DNA from: a virus
Lineage: Duplodnaviria > Caudoviricetes
Direction: 5' to 3' (one strand)
DNA length: 64,000 nucleotides
IMG/VR virus record: IMGVR_UViG_2795386107_000001
Coordinates: 1-64,000 of that record
This document shows positions 36,305 through 47,600 of this stretch, piece by piece. Every line of letters begins with the position of its first letter. Position 1 is the stretch's first letter. The translations under genes and the position numbers were made by a program. Below the pieces are notes generated by a model that saw only the letters and a program-made list of their open reading frames with translations, did not search any database and was not told the origin of the DNA.

Positions 36305-36576
36305 CGGTCGCACCGGCATCCGTTGGACTCACCGCGCCGCCGGTGCCTGGCCACCGTGTACGCGGTGATCGGGTCGCCGTACCGGCTGAGAGTGTCGGCA
36401 ATGGCCTTGGCGGTGACACGGTCGGAGTCCAGTGCCGCGCGGAGGGAGACCGCTACGTCATCATCTGCGACGGCCAGGAAGGCGCCGACGCTGCATTGGG
36501 GGCCCCGGTGAGTGGCGGGAGCGCCGGCGAGCGCGTCCAACTCTTCCGCGAGGCCAATGGGTTGCTTCTCGATCAC
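36301..36576 (-). CDS. Small Cys/His-containing hypothetical protein
   Basis: GTG start with GGAGG; CSVG...HRRRG...CRC. Confidence 0.7.
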   Translation of the reverse strand: MIEKQPIGLAEELDALAGAPATHRGPQCSVGAFLAVADDDVAVSLRAALDSDRVTAKAIADTLSRYGDPITAYTVARHRRRGESNGCRCDR

Positions 36577-36609
36577 CGGCGTCCTCCGTCGTCGTGATGG
36601 TGGTACGTG

Positions 36610-36643
36610 GAGGGGGTGCACCCGCGGTCGGGCGCACCCCCTC
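36610..36643 (-). terminator. Terminator hairpin after capsid gene
   Basis: gagggggtgc...gcaccccctc stem. Confidence 0.7.
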
Positions 36644-36656
36644 ACCCGCGTCCTGG

Positions 36657-37949
36657 TCAGCCGGTCGGCTGGGTCCAGGTGCCGATGACGAACGACTCGG
36701 GGCGCGGGACCTCGAGGGCCAGGCGCTCGTCGGCACGGAAGGTGATCAGGCCCTTCTCGAAGTTGTCCGCGTTCTCCGAGGAGACGGTGACGCTGACGTT
36801 CTCCCTGTCGTGGAGCTGGGCACCCAACCCGAAGGCGCCGATCAGGAAGTCGTCGTCCGCCATGGCCGTGGTCTCGACGACGTTGAGCCGCCAGACCTTC
36901 TTCTCCGCGCCGATGGCGACGGCGACGGCGACGCGGAACGCGCCGTTCTTGTCCTCTTCGACCTCGACGTGCTCCCACATCGTCGGGGACAGGACGATGC
37001 CGGTCGGCTCGTACTCGGCCAGGAGCGCCTTGGTGATGGCGCGCCGGATCTGGACGCTGTACTTGTCGGTCGCGAGGCCGGTGTACTGCTGGACTCCGGG
37101 GGTGTTGTAGATGCCGGTGAGGGACTGGCCGTCGCCGACGGAGTGGAGAAGGTCCCAGTCCTCCTGGTACTTGACGCCCTCGACCATGCGCCCGTTGATG
37201 AACGTCTTGAGGCGCGGCTCGTCGCTCAGGATGTTCTTATGCGCGTCGATCAGGTGGGCGACTTCGGCGACCGGGTACATCACCGGGGTGAGGGACAGCT
37301 TCGACCGCGGCGCGCGGCCCCAGGTGTCGGTGTCCGCGCCGGTTGCCGGGCTGACGCCGTCGGCGGCGTAGCGCTCCTTCACCTGTCGGGCGTTGTTGGT
37401 CCAGCCGGTCTCTCGGGCGCCGTAGAGGACGGCGTTCTTCGTCGAGGACTTCGGGAACAGGTCGCGGATGTGCCACTTGCGGTAGGCCCGCTCGGCGATG
37501 CCCAGGTTCTGGACGCTGCCGAGGGTCTGGTGCGTGACCGTGCCCGCTGACAGGGAGAAGATCGACTTCCCCTCCATCTCGGCACGGACGTACGGCCGAT
37601 CGCGGAAGCCGGCCTCTGCGGCGCGCTTGAAGGAGTCGGACTCGACGAACAGGTCACCGAGCGACTTCTGCTCCATGGTCGGGGTCTGCCCGTAGTGGGT
37701 GGCCGCGGCCGGCGGGTTCTCCGGGGCGTCGAGGTACGACTTGACCTCGATCAGGCCCTGCTCGGCGTCGATGAGGGCCTTGATCTCCTGCGCCTCGCTG
37801 GAGACCTTGCGGAACTTGGTGGCCTGCTCGGTGGAGACGACGAAGCCGCCACCGTCCTCGACCTTGAATCCCTTGCTGATCTCCTCGGCCTCCGCGGCCT
37901 TCACCTGGAGCTGCCGCTGCAGTTCCTTGATGCGAGCGTTGTCGGGCAT
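36657..37949 (-). CDS. Major capsid protein (HK97 fold)
   Basis: N-terminal coiled-coil delta domain, IRDLFP, ILSDEPRL, GDGQSLTGI, NFEKGLITFRADERLALEVPRPESFV. Confidence 0.95.
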   Translation of the reverse strand: MPDNARIKELQRQLQVKAAEAEEISKGFKVEDGGGFVVSTEQATKFRKVSSEAQEIKALIDAEQGLIEVKSYLDAPENPPAAATHYGQTPTMEQKSLGDLFVESDSFKRAAEAGFRDRPYVRAEMEGKSIFSLSAGTVTHQTLGSVQNLGIAERAYRKWHIRDLFPKSSTKNAVLYGARETGWTNNARQVKERYAADGVSPATGADTDTWGRAPRSKLSLTPVMYPVAEVAHLIDAHKNILSDEPRLKTFINGRMVEGVKYQEDWDLLHSVGDGQSLTGIYNTPGVQQYTGLATDKYSVQIRRAITKALLAEYEPTGIVLSPTMWEHVEVEEDKNGAFRVAVAVAIGAEKKVWRLNVVETTAMADDDFLIGAFGLGAQLHDRENVSVTVSSENADNFEKGLITFRADERLALEVPRPESFVIGTWTQPTG

Positions 37950-38034
37950 TTCTGCTCTCTCCCTGATGCTGGGGTGCGGTTGACGTGCGTCGCTCCGCCC
38001 GGCCAGCACCGGGACAGCCTCAACGCGAGGCGGA

Positions 38035-38065
38035 ATGGAAAGGGGAGAGAGGGGTTAATGTCGCG
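38035..38065 (-). promoter_or_regulatory. Late-type promoter upstream motif before capsid (-10 atypical)
   Basis: CGCGACATTAA; no CANNNT at N14. Confidence 0.55.
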
Positions 38066-38174
38066 TGCTGCCCGCTCAGTTCGTCAAGAGCGGGCAGCAC
38101 ATAGGGTGTGACCTGCGGTTTCATCGATGTGGGGCCGGTTGCCCGCGGTCGTGGACGAGAGGCTGAGTCGCGAC

Positions 38175-40370
38175 TCAGCTCTGCAGCAAGGCGAGTGCGG
38201 CCTTCACCTCGTCCGCCTCCAGCCGCACCGTGGCGGGGTCCTTCTTGTCCTGGTCGACGGCGTCCTCGGGGGCCGTGCCTTCGCTCGACGTCTCGTCCTC
38301 GGTGGGCACTTCGTCGTCGTCGCCGTCGTCGAAGGTGTACTCGTCCCACAGGTCCATGCCGGTCGGACCGGCCGCGCGGTTGGGTGCCGGGGCGGGCTGC
38401 TTCGGCGGCTGGTCGACGTCGAGTCCCTTGCGGGACAGGGCGCTGATGAGGGCGCGCACCTTGTCGCGTACGCCTTCGAGCTGGCCGGGGTTCGCGTCCG
38501 ATGTGCTGATGCGGGCGGTGGCGTCGCTGAGTGCGTCGACAGTGGGCTGCACGACGCGGGCGTCGATCTCCTCGTCCTCATCTGCCTCGCGCGGGCCGTC
38601 GTCGTCATCGGGGACGACCACGGTTGCCAGCTCCACGCGCTGCGGTTGCCCCAGCGCCACGTCGTCCGCGTCGCCGTCTCCTCCGAGCGTGTACGGGACC
38701 AGGTAGTGCTGCTCGTCTTCGCCGTCGGAGTGGACGGAGGCGATGACGTGGTCCGGGTAGGTGCCCTGGATGCATGCCCACGTGTCTTCGTCCGCGGCGA
38801 GGAGGGTGCGGACGGCTTGGCCGAGTCGGTCGCGGATCTGCTCGAACGAGGCGGGAAGGGGCTGGATCGTGTTCATGGGCTCTCCAGGGGCGGCGAGGCG
38901 GGCTTTGGCTTCGAGGACGGCGCGGTGAGCGCTCTTGCTCTCGGCGGCGTGGGTGGCGGGGTAGATCCCCAGGGCGTCTTTGTGGCGCAGGTTGCAGTAG
39001 CCCTTGGCGTTGTCCGGGCTCATGTGGCGTCCGGCGATGGCGACGCAGCGGTTGAAGTCGCCGGGGGTGCCCCAGCCGATTTGGGCGCCGCCTTCGCCGT
39101 GGACGTACCAGTGCCGCAACTGCTCGGCGTCGCCGCGGTTCTGGTCCGTGCCCCCGGCGGCCTTGGCCTCAGCGACCATGGCGCGTGCCGACTTGTGCTC
39201 GACCTGCGATCCGTGGATGCGGGCGGCCGCCACGGCGGCCCGCGTGGACTTCTTCTCTCCGCCGAGGGCGGCGTAGGTGTTCATGACGCCGGCGGCGAAC
39301 TGCTGGGCTTCGGGGCTGGGCTGTGTGCTCGGCGGGCCCTGGGGCAGGGTGGCACCGGCCAGGAGCGACCAGGGGGTGTCTCGGCACTCCGGCCGGAGCA
39401 GCGACATGTCGGGGAGGGCGGTGATGGGCCACCAGGCGGTGACCTCCGTAGCCTCGCCGTCCGGGTCGTCGGGGTTGGCCACGCGCCGCTCACCGTGGGG
39501 CCGGTTGAGCGAGACGGCCGACTCGCTGGGGACGACCGCGACATAGCCGCGGTAGATGCCGTTCGGGGCGGTCCAGGAACCGACGATGCTTGCCGTTCCC
39601 GGCAGGTCTGCGCCGGTCTCTTCCTGCCACTCGCGCAGGGCCGCGGCGAGGGCGTCTTCGTCCTTCTCCCGGTGACCGCCGGGGAACTCCCAGGTGCCGG
39701 CTGCCGGATCGTCGTCTTCGAGGGCGCGCTGGATGAGCAGTACGCGGCCGGTGTCGGCTGCCTTGAGGGCCAGGCCCGCGACCTTGATGCGGTCCTCGTC
39801 CTTGACGGCTTCGAGTTCGACGGGGCTCGGGGTGGCCTTGTACTCCATGCCGGGGTTGGCTGCGGCCTTGACCTCGAGGGCCCGGGTCATGGGGTGCGCG
39901 CCGTGCAGGACGGGGCTGACCTCGAAGAGGTCGAGTCGGTGGATGACGCGGACGCCGTCAGCGCGGCGGGCGGCTCCGTCAGCGGGGACGCGGTAGCCGA
40001 TGGAGAACGCGGCTTCGCCGTGCTCGTACCACTGTTTGACCTGCTCGTAGGTGTCGCGGCCCTTGCTGGTGCGGCGGTTGTACTCGACGGTTGCGACCAG
40101 GGCGCCGGCTTCGGCAGGCCAGTTGGGAATCTCGGCGAACCGGGGGTCGCCGGGCATCCACTCCTCGACGGCCAGGACGACGCCGACGGCATCCTTCCAT
40201 TCGTGGTGCCAGACGGCTTTGACGCGGCGGGTGGCGAGGGTGTGAGCGAAGGCGCCGGGGACGATGAGGTCGTTGACCTCGTCGACCACACCAGTGACGG
40301 CGTAGATTGCCCGGCTGGTGCCTCGCAGGGTGCTGGGGTGTGACGATCTTGTGGGTGGAGCGCTCGGCAC
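38175..40370 (-). CDS. Prohead protease (HK97-type) fused to NUDIX domain and scaffold-like tail
   Basis: D.VNDLIVPGAF, WHH, FSIGY, LFEVSPVLHGA; NUDIX box PGGHREKDEDALAAALREWQEETG. Confidence 0.9.
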   Translation of the reverse strand: MPSAPPTRSSHPSTLRGTSRAIYAVTGVVDEVNDLIVPGAFAHTLATRRVKAVWHHEWKDAVGVVLAVEEWMPGDPRFAEIPNWPAEAGALVATVEYNRRTSKGRDTYEQVKQWYEHGEAAFSIGYRVPADGAARRADGVRVIHRLDLFEVSPVLHGAHPMTRALEVKAAANPGMEYKATPSPVELEAVKDEDRIKVAGLALKAADTGRVLLIQRALEDDDPAAGTWEFPGGHREKDEDALAAALREWQEETGADLPGTASIVGSWTAPNGIYRGYVAVVPSESAVSLNRPHGERRVANPDDPDGEATEVTAWWPITALPDMSLLRPECRDTPWSLLAGATLPQGPPSTQPSPEAQQFAAGVMNTYAALGGEKKSTRAAVAAARIHGSQVEHKSARAMVAEAKAAGGTDQNRGDAEQLRHWYVHGEGGAQIGWGTPGDFNRCVAIAGRHMSPDNAKGYCNLRHKDALGIYPATHAAESKSAHRAVLEAKARLAAPGEPMNTIQPLPASFEQIRDRLGQAVRTLLAADEDTWACIQGTYPDHVIASVHSDGEDEQHYLVPYTLGGDGDADDVALGQPQRVELATVVVPDDDDGPREADEDEEIDARVVQPTVDALSDATARISTSDANPGQLEGVRDKVRALISALSRKGLDVDQPPKQPAPAPNRAAGPTGMDLWDEYTFDDGDDDEVPTEDETSSEGTAPEDAVDQDKKDPATVRLEADEVKAALALLQS

Positions 40371-40409
40371 GGCGGGAAACCTCCGGCGGTGGACAGTGGG
40401 CCGCCGGGC

Positions 40410-40440
40410 ACCGTGCCGTTCGCGTCTGTCTAGTGTCCTG
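40410..40440 (-). promoter_or_regulatory. Late-type promoter motif before protease
   Basis: CAGGACACTAG-N14-CACGGT. Confidence 0.6.
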
Positions 40441-40639
40441 TGCTGGCCGCAGGCTCGGCCTGGGCGTCCTCAGCCTCCGAGCGGGCCATGGACCAGCCGC
40501 GCGACCAGTAGCGATAGCCGAACTGCTGCTCCGCGTTTCCGAGGCGGTCGTACGGGCTGGCATCGCCCGGGTCGCCGGCCTGGTAGGCGGCCTTGCCCTC
40601 CTGCTGCAACCGCAGGGCGGTCGCACGGTTCAACTGCAC
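40430..40639 (-). CDS. Small Rmf-like fold protein
   Basis: EGKAAYQAG...SPY...YWSRGW resembles the ribosome modulation factor pattern. Confidence 0.55.
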   Translation of the reverse strand: MQLNRATALRLQQEGKAAYQAGDPGDASPYDRLGNAEQQFGYRYWSRGWSMARSEAEDAQAEPAASTGH

Positions 40640-40651
40640 GTCGTCAGCTCC

Positions 40652-41254
40652 CTACTGGAACATCGAGTCCTGTACGCCGCGGTCGCTCGCAGGAGCGGCC
40701 TGGGGCGGGCTGGCGGCCTCGTCGGCTTTGCTGTGCGTTCGGGTCATGTGGGCGTCGTCGACGTCGATCGCCCACGCGTCCGGGTCTGTGTAACGCCACA
40801 CCTGTCCTGTCCCATCCCTCACCCATCCGGTCAGTGTGCCGTCCGGGTCCTGATCCAGCCACGCCTGTTCGCCGTTGCTGCCGGTGTAGGAGGCGAAGGC
40901 GTTGGCCGGGTCCGTCTCGTCGCCCTCGTCGTAGGGATCGCCTGCCCACTGGCGGGCGTCGTCGGAAGGCGGTTCCGGGGCGTCGGCCGGTGGCTCGTTG
41001 CCGGGCGGTTGTGTCCCGTCGGCGGGCTGCTCCGGCGGTGCGGCCGGTTCCGGGGCGGCCGGGTCTGCTGGTGGTGCGCCCGGGTCCGTCGGGTCGGCCG
41101 GATCGCTGGGCGTCTCCTCTGCGAGCGCCCCCGGGTCGAGGTCCTCGTCGGGCGTCTCCGCGCCGGGGTCCGTGGTCTGTTCGTCGTCCTCTTCCCCGAA
41201 CGGCTTGCCGCCCTTCTTGGGGAGAGCCTTGATGGCGTATCCGTATCTGGTCAC
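40652..41254 (-). CDS. Acidic Pro-rich hypothetical protein (likely leaderless GTG)
   Basis: GTG 6 nt after -10; folded-looking C-terminal part (AWLDQDPDGTLTGWVRD). Confidence 0.7.
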   Translation of the reverse strand: MTRYGYAIKALPKKGGKPFGEEDDEQTTDPGAETPDEDLDPGALAEETPSDPADPTDPGAPPADPAAPEPAAPPEQPADGTQPPGNEPPADAPEPPSDDARQWAGDPYDEGDETDPANAFASYTGSNGEQAWLDQDPDGTLTGWVRDGTGQVWRYTDPDAWAIDVDDAHMTRTHSKADEAASPPQAAPASDRGVQDSMFQ

Positions 41255-41260
41255 GGGCGG

Positions 41261-41291
41261 AGGATGGAGGGGCGAAGCCGTTTGTGTCCCG
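41261..41291 (-). promoter_or_regulatory. Late-type promoter motif
   Basis: CGGGACACAAA-N14-CATCCT. Confidence 0.65.
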
Positions 41292-41314
41292 GCCTCACCC
41301 CGCCACCTCACGGA

Positions 41315-41344
41315 CCAAGATCGTTCTTGCACAATTGTGCAAGC
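41315..41344. repeat. 30-bp element with 18-bp perfect palindrome, copy B (inverted)
   Basis: ccaagatcgttcttgcacaattgtgcaagc. Confidence 0.9.
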
Positions 41345-41352
41345 CCCTCGGA

Positions 41353-41625
41353 TCAGCTCTCTGGCACGCGTGCCTGCCGGGGCGCGCCCTGCCCCTCGTC
41401 GAACACGTGGGTGTGCTCGCGGAGTACGGCGAGCACGGTCGCCTCATCACCTCCGGCCACCGTCCGCACGGGGCCGGTTGGGGACAGGGAGATGGGCTCA
41501 CCCTGGTGGAGCTCCACCAGGGCCGCGGCGCGGTGCGACCCGATCACCGGGCGTTCGGCCCGCCCGGTGACCTGCACGCTGTAGGTCGCCCCGTCGTCGA
41601 ACGCTCCGGTGACGGTGAATGGCAT
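41353..41625 (-). CDS. Small hypothetical protein
   Basis: GAGGAG RBS right after the giant gene stop. Confidence 0.7.
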   Translation of the reverse strand: MPFTVTGAFDDGATYSVQVTGRAERPVIGSHRAAALVELHQGEPISLSPTGPVRTVAGGDEATVLAVLREHTHVFDEGQGAPRQARVPES

Positions 41626-41636
41626 CAGTGCTCTCC

Positions 41637-44600
41637 TCATCGTGTGGCGAGCAGGCCCAGGAGGAACGCCCGAAGGTCGTCGTCCAGGTACCAGTCGCCG
41701 TTAAACATCGACTGAACAGACCGCGCGAGGGTGTCACCAGTGTCCGGTTGCGTCTGCTGCCGCGACAGGATGCGGCTCAGGGCACTGCGCCGCATGCGGC
41801 GGGCGCCCGGTCGGCCGGTGTGGGTCTGGGTGAACCAGAAGATCCGCTGAGCGGCGTCCAAGTCGTCCAGGTGCTGCGCCAGATGCTGTGCGAGGGCGTA
41901 CCCGGCGGTCCCGAGGCCCTCGTCGGCGAGGTCAGCGACCGTGATCCGCTGGCCGTCGGGCTCGTAGCGGCCCGCGTCGCCGTCCACAGCGGTCACACGG
42001 CGCGCGGCCGGGGTGTTGAGCCACGACCGCGGTACGAGGCGCTGCACGCCCCGTACGGCCCGCTCGGCGTCCGGGGTGCTGTCCGGGCCGAACACGATGC
42101 CGGCGTTGCCGCCGGGACCCATGTCGCGGATCTCGGCGAGCGCGGCCGCGACCGCATCGGGTACCGCAGCGGCGTACCGGGAACGCAGGTTCTCCCACTC
42201 CCGTCGCGCGGCCGCCGCTTCCATTCGCGCCGCGGCGATCTCCACCTCGAGGTCCGGGTCGTCCGGGATGGTGGAACTGGTGCGCGCCGCCTGGAGGTTG
42301 ACCAGGCGCCGCTCGGTGGTGGCCACGTAGTCGTCCGCGTGCTGGAGCGTGCCGTGCGGGTCGCTTCCGAAGTCGTCGCCGAGAGAGTCGGCGAGACGGC
42401 GGGTCACCGCCTGGTCGACGTCGCCGCCGGCCGCCCGCAGGGCAGCCATGTGGCGAAGCCCGGTCGGGCCAGGGCCACCGTCCGCGGCCTGGTCCGGGGA
42501 CCAGCGGACACGGTCGCTGCGCCCCGGGAGCCGCCCGGCGGCGAGCTGCGCCCACGTCGTGGGCTGCCACCAGGTGACGCGACGCTGCGCCTGGCCGAAC
42601 CGTCCGGGCTCCGGCAGGAGTCCGGCCCAGTGGGAGACCCGGGCGGCCAGGGACTCGCCATCGGCCTCGGGCAGGTCGAGCGCGCGGTGCAGGCGGGCCA
42701 GACGCCGGGACTCCGGCCAGTCACGGACACGGCGGGCGAGTCGGCCGAGGAACGCGCGGAGTCGAGCTATGCGTTCCCGGGCGTCCCGCCACTTCTCGGC
42801 GATCTTCTCGGCTCCGGCCTTCACCAGGAGCGCGATGCGCTTGGCGAGGCGGACGAGCGCCGCGACGATCCGGGCGAGCAGGCCCGGCTGACGGCCGGCC
42901 TGCGGCGACGCCGCGGCGACGCGCCGCGCAATCTGGCGGGCGGTCGCCTGCCGGGAGCCATCCATGCGCCGGGTGATGGCACGGGCGATCCTCTCGGCGT
43001 CACCCGGGTCCACGCCCGCGGCCTGGAGCTGCTGCAGCACGGCGTTCACCGCGTCGTCGACGTGTCCCGCGACGGTGCGGTTGACGTCCGCGTCGCCGTC
43101 GGTGTCCGGCCCGTTGGGGGTGCCTGCGATCCGGTCGGGGATGAGGCTGAGCAGGTCCCGGGCGCGTGCGGCGAGGTCCTCGTCGCTCTCGTCGGGCAGG
43201 GGCTCGAGGTCGTTGATGGTGCGCAGTGCTGCCCGAACCGTCGCGGTGTGGGAGTCCTGCGCTACCGCTCCGAGTGCCAGCATGGCGGCGGAGCGCTCGG
43301 GACCGTTGACAGCAGCGGCGTCGAGGGCGGCTTGAGCGTCCTCGCGTGCTGCCGTACGGGCTTCTTGCAGCGCCTCGGGGGTGAGGCGCTGGGCAATCTG
43401 CTCGCGCAGAGCGTGAATGTCGCCGGGCGGTTCGGTGCCCGCAATGGCCTCGTCGATGATGCGAACGGCAAGGCTACGGGCGTGGTCGCGGATGATCCGG
43501 TCTGCGTCGGCCTGCGGCGCCGGGTTGGGGTCGCGGTGCGCCCCGGCCGGCGGGAGGGCCGGGGAGTTAGGGCCAGCCGGCACAAGCGCGGTGTTGTCGC
43601 CCTCGGGCTGCGGCTCACCGAGCTGCCACAACGGCATCGCACCGTGGACCACACGCCGGCGCGTACGGCCGTCTTCCCCTTCCAGCAGAAGGGAACGGAC
43701 TCCGCCGGGGCCGTCCTGGACGTCGCGAACGCGGTAGACGGTCACACCGTTGCCGCGGGTGTCCGGGAGGGCGATGGTGTCGTCTTCGGCGACCTGAGAG
43801 GCGTTGGACGGTCGCGGCCGGCCGAGTTCAGCCGGAGGTGTCCGGCCAACGGCACGGTCGAGGTGATCCGCGGCGCGCAGTGCAGCACGGCCCTCGGGCG
43901 TCGACGGGTCTGCCGAGTCGCGGAGCTGCGCGGCGAGTGCGGCCGCCTGCTCCGGGGTGACCGGCAGATCCGTCGTGATGCGCACGGCGCCCTGCTGGGC
44001 GTCCAGGTCATCGTCCGGGCCGTCGGCAAGGTCCCCGATGACGTCCCGGTCGCCCGTGGTCAGTTCAGGGTCGACGGTCGGGCCGGTGACCGGCTCGACT
44101 CGGTGAGGCGGCTCGTGCACCGTGAGGTCGTCCGGCGTGTCCGGGGCGTCCTCCGGGCCGAGGTCGGGGGCGCTGCCGTCGGCACCCTGGGCCCGTGGGA
44201 GGACCGTGGCGGCGTCCACGTCGATCTGGCCGATCTCGCCCGTGGTGGTGTCGGCGTAGTCGATGGTGACCCGGTCGCCGTCCCGCTGGGTGCCGGTGAC
44301 CGCCACGGTGGTGAGGGTGCCGTCGAGGTCCAGGACCACGACGTCGTCCTCCTTGAGGTCCGCGGCCGCCGGGTCGTCGAGGCCGGTCACCGGGGCGGTG
44401 GCCGGGTTGGTGTCGTCCCGGACTTCGCCGGCGACGCGGAGGTCTCCGGCGCTGCGGGTGGTGGTGCCTTCAGCGGTGGTGATGGTGACGCGGTCGCCGT
44501 TGACCTCGTCGACGGGCCCGAGCAGCGCACCGTCGGAGTCGGTCACGATGTGGCCCGGGGTAACGCGCTGCCCGGATGCGGTCCAGCCGTCGGGACGGTC

Positions 44601-47600
44601 GCCGCCGGTCACCGTGAGGGTGGTGGGCGTCAGGCCGTCGGCGGTGTCGTCGTTGTCCCAGCGCACAGACACGGTGGTGCTGGTGGCGCCGGTGACGGTG
44701 CCTTCCCGGCTGCGGAGCCCGTCAACACCGGTGACGGTGCTGCCCGGGAACAGGCCGCGGCCGTTGCGGTCCGTGGGCACCCTGTCGGGCAGGCTGCCGG
44801 TCTGTACGGCGCTCTGGGCGCCGCTGGCCGGCGAGCCGGGCACGGTGTCGTCCGGGGCTTCAGCGCGGGCGGCGGTGGCGTTGAGCGGCGTGAAGACGTG
44901 GCCGCGCTTGCCGGTGCCGTCCGGGTTCTCCGTGACGTACGTACGCCACATGTGCTCGGTGCGGCCGTTGCGGGTGACCTCCACGCGCACCGGGCCCGTG
45001 AAGACGTACCCGGACCGCGTGACGGCGCGCCCGTTCCTCCTCCTGCCGTCCATGCGGACCATGTCGCCGGGCACCAGGTCCGAGACCCGGGCCCAGTTCG
45101 CGGGCTGGCCGCCCACGGGCTCGGGCTCGCCCTGCGGCTCCTCGGCCGGGACGTCGGGCGTCGCAGGCTCGGGCTCCGCGGGGGCCCTGTCCGGGGTCGG
45201 CTCCGGCCGCGCGGCAGGCTCCGGGGTGCTCGTGGGCTCGGCCTGCGGGGTCGTCTCGTTGGTCGAACGGTCGTCGCGGCCGTCGTCTCTGGTGGATGCC
45301 TCGTCGGGCCGCGGGCGGCGGCGTACGACGCCCAGGTTCGGGAACGCCTCGTCGATGTTGGCGTGCTCGCCGTACTGGTTCGTCCAGGAACCCTCTGCCG
45401 GGTAGCGGTGGAGCTGCGGGTTACCGACGGCGGAGAACTCGGAGCGGTAGCGGAACGGCTCTCCCTCGCCGGTCACCGTGGCGTGCACAGTGCCCACGTA
45501 CTCGTCCCGCGGAGAGATGTTCTGGCCGCGGGAGGTGGCCATGGGGAAGCTGATCTCATCGCCGGGGCGGAGGTCCGCCGGGTCAACCGGGATGGAGTAG
45601 CCGGCCTCTTCCTCCCGGGTGTTCCACTCGGCTTCCTGCTGGTTCCACGTGCGGTGGTGCAGGGCCTGCCCACGGTCGCTGTTCCACGGCTCGTAGACGT
45701 TGCCGACGCCGTTCAACCGCTCGGCGGCCTCACCGAAGAGGGTGTTGCCGTCTGCACTACGGAAGGCGCGGGCACGTTCCGCGGCGTCGGGCGCGTCCCA
45801 GGGGAACGGGTTGCCGTCCGCATCCGTGATGCCCTCGAGGACGCGGGCAACCTCGCGGGCACGTTCGGGGTTGTGGAACCCGTCTCGGAACAGGGGCTGC
45901 ATGCTGCCCGGGAGGGCCACGTTGAACCGCTGGCCGCGGCCTACGCCGGCGCGCGCTGCCTCGTTTCCGTAGATGAGCAGACGACCGCCGTCGGAGAGCT
46001 GCGTGCTTTCGGCGTCGGCGATCTCCCCGCGCTCCTCGGGCGAGGGCTCGTCAGCGCGCTGGTCCTCCGGTACCTCGTCGAGGCGCCCATTGCGGATGTG
46101 ATCCCGCAGGGCCTCCTCATCGGTGAAGCGGGGCTTGGCAGGGTCGTACGGCTCGGGCTCCGTGGTGGCGGGCTCCGCTGGGGCCTGGCCGACGTCCGCC
46201 TGCTGGCGCTGCTCCTCTTCGGCCTGTCGGCGCTGTTCCTCCTCGAAGATTTCCCGGTCTCTGCGGTCGTTGTCCCGGTACTGCAGCTTGAACTGGTTGT
46301 AGGTGACGCGGCCGCCGTTGGCGTCGTACCAGTTGATCAGCTCCTCACTGGCGTACTCCCTCCAGCGCCCGAACTTGGCCAGCTCGCCGCCGGAGAACAG
46401 TGAGCGCTCGTCGGGACGGTTGTCGCCGTACTTGTGCTTGCGGTTGAAGAAGTAGCCGTTCGTCTCCTCGATGGCCTGCTGGTAGCGGGCCTCGTCGAAG
46501 TCAGCGAACGCCGCGCGGATGATGTCCTCTTGGGTGCGGCGGGGCCGGGTGATGTCGGCATTTCCGAAGCCCAGGGCCTCGTCCATGGCCTTGCCGCGGC
46601 GCTCGGCCTCCTCGGCGTTCTCCGGCGGGGTGTCCGGAACGGCGTTGCGGATGACCGGGTCCGGGTTGTCGCGCCGGTCCATCTCCGCCGCGACGCGCAT
46701 CATGTCGTCCTGGCTGAGGGGCTGACTCACGAGCGCGTCAAGCGCATCGTCGTCAAGCTCAGTCAGGTCGGCAGGCAGTACGGGGGCGTCGGTGGTCTCC
46801 GCGGCTCGCTGCTGCTCGAAGTCGTCACGGGCAGCGTGAAGCGCGCGCTGCAGGTTGCGGCCCTCGCTGTCGCGCCACTGGCTGACGGTGCTGGGCCCCC
46901 AGGGCTGGTGCCAGTCGAAGGGCTGTCCGTCGCTGCCGGTGATCTCCTCGAAGCGACTGGCAAGGGCGCGGGCCTCCTCGGGGTTGTCGGTGCGCAGGGT
47001 CAGGCCGGGCAGGTTGGTGCCGTTGCGGGCCTGAGCGAACCGCCACAGGGTGGTGCCGTCGTCCTGCGGCTCCGGCCATGTGACCAGCCCACCGCCCGGG
47101 GAGAGAACCATGCCTTCCCGCTCAGCGGCCTGCGCGAGGGCGGCGCGCCGCTCGGGGGTGTCCTCAGCCGCGGTGAGACCTTCGCCGTTCCTCCAGGCGC
47201 GGCGAAGGGAGTCCACGTCACCGTGACGGACCGGAGAGCGGCGGCCGCGGCCGTTGGGGGCGTGCCCCTCGCCGTCGCCACCGGTGCCGGTTGCGGCCGG
47301 AACGTTGAGGTCGGGCAGGTTCAGGTGAGGCAGGCCGGGCCCGCCGAGGCCACCAGGACCGCCGGGGCCACCGTTGCCGCCGTTGCGGCGTCGGCGACGC
47401 CTGCGCCGGTTGCGGTCGTCCTGCTCGTCCTCGTTGTCCTGGTCTTCGGCGTCCGGCTCGTCCTGCTGGTCGTCGGCGTTGTCCGGCGCGTCGGAGCTGT
47501 TGCCGTTCTCCTCATCGTCGGACGGGGCGTCAGGGGTGTCGGCTCCGCCCCCGTCAGGGTCGGCGGCGCCGCCGTCGAGGTCACCGTCACGGCGCTGCCG

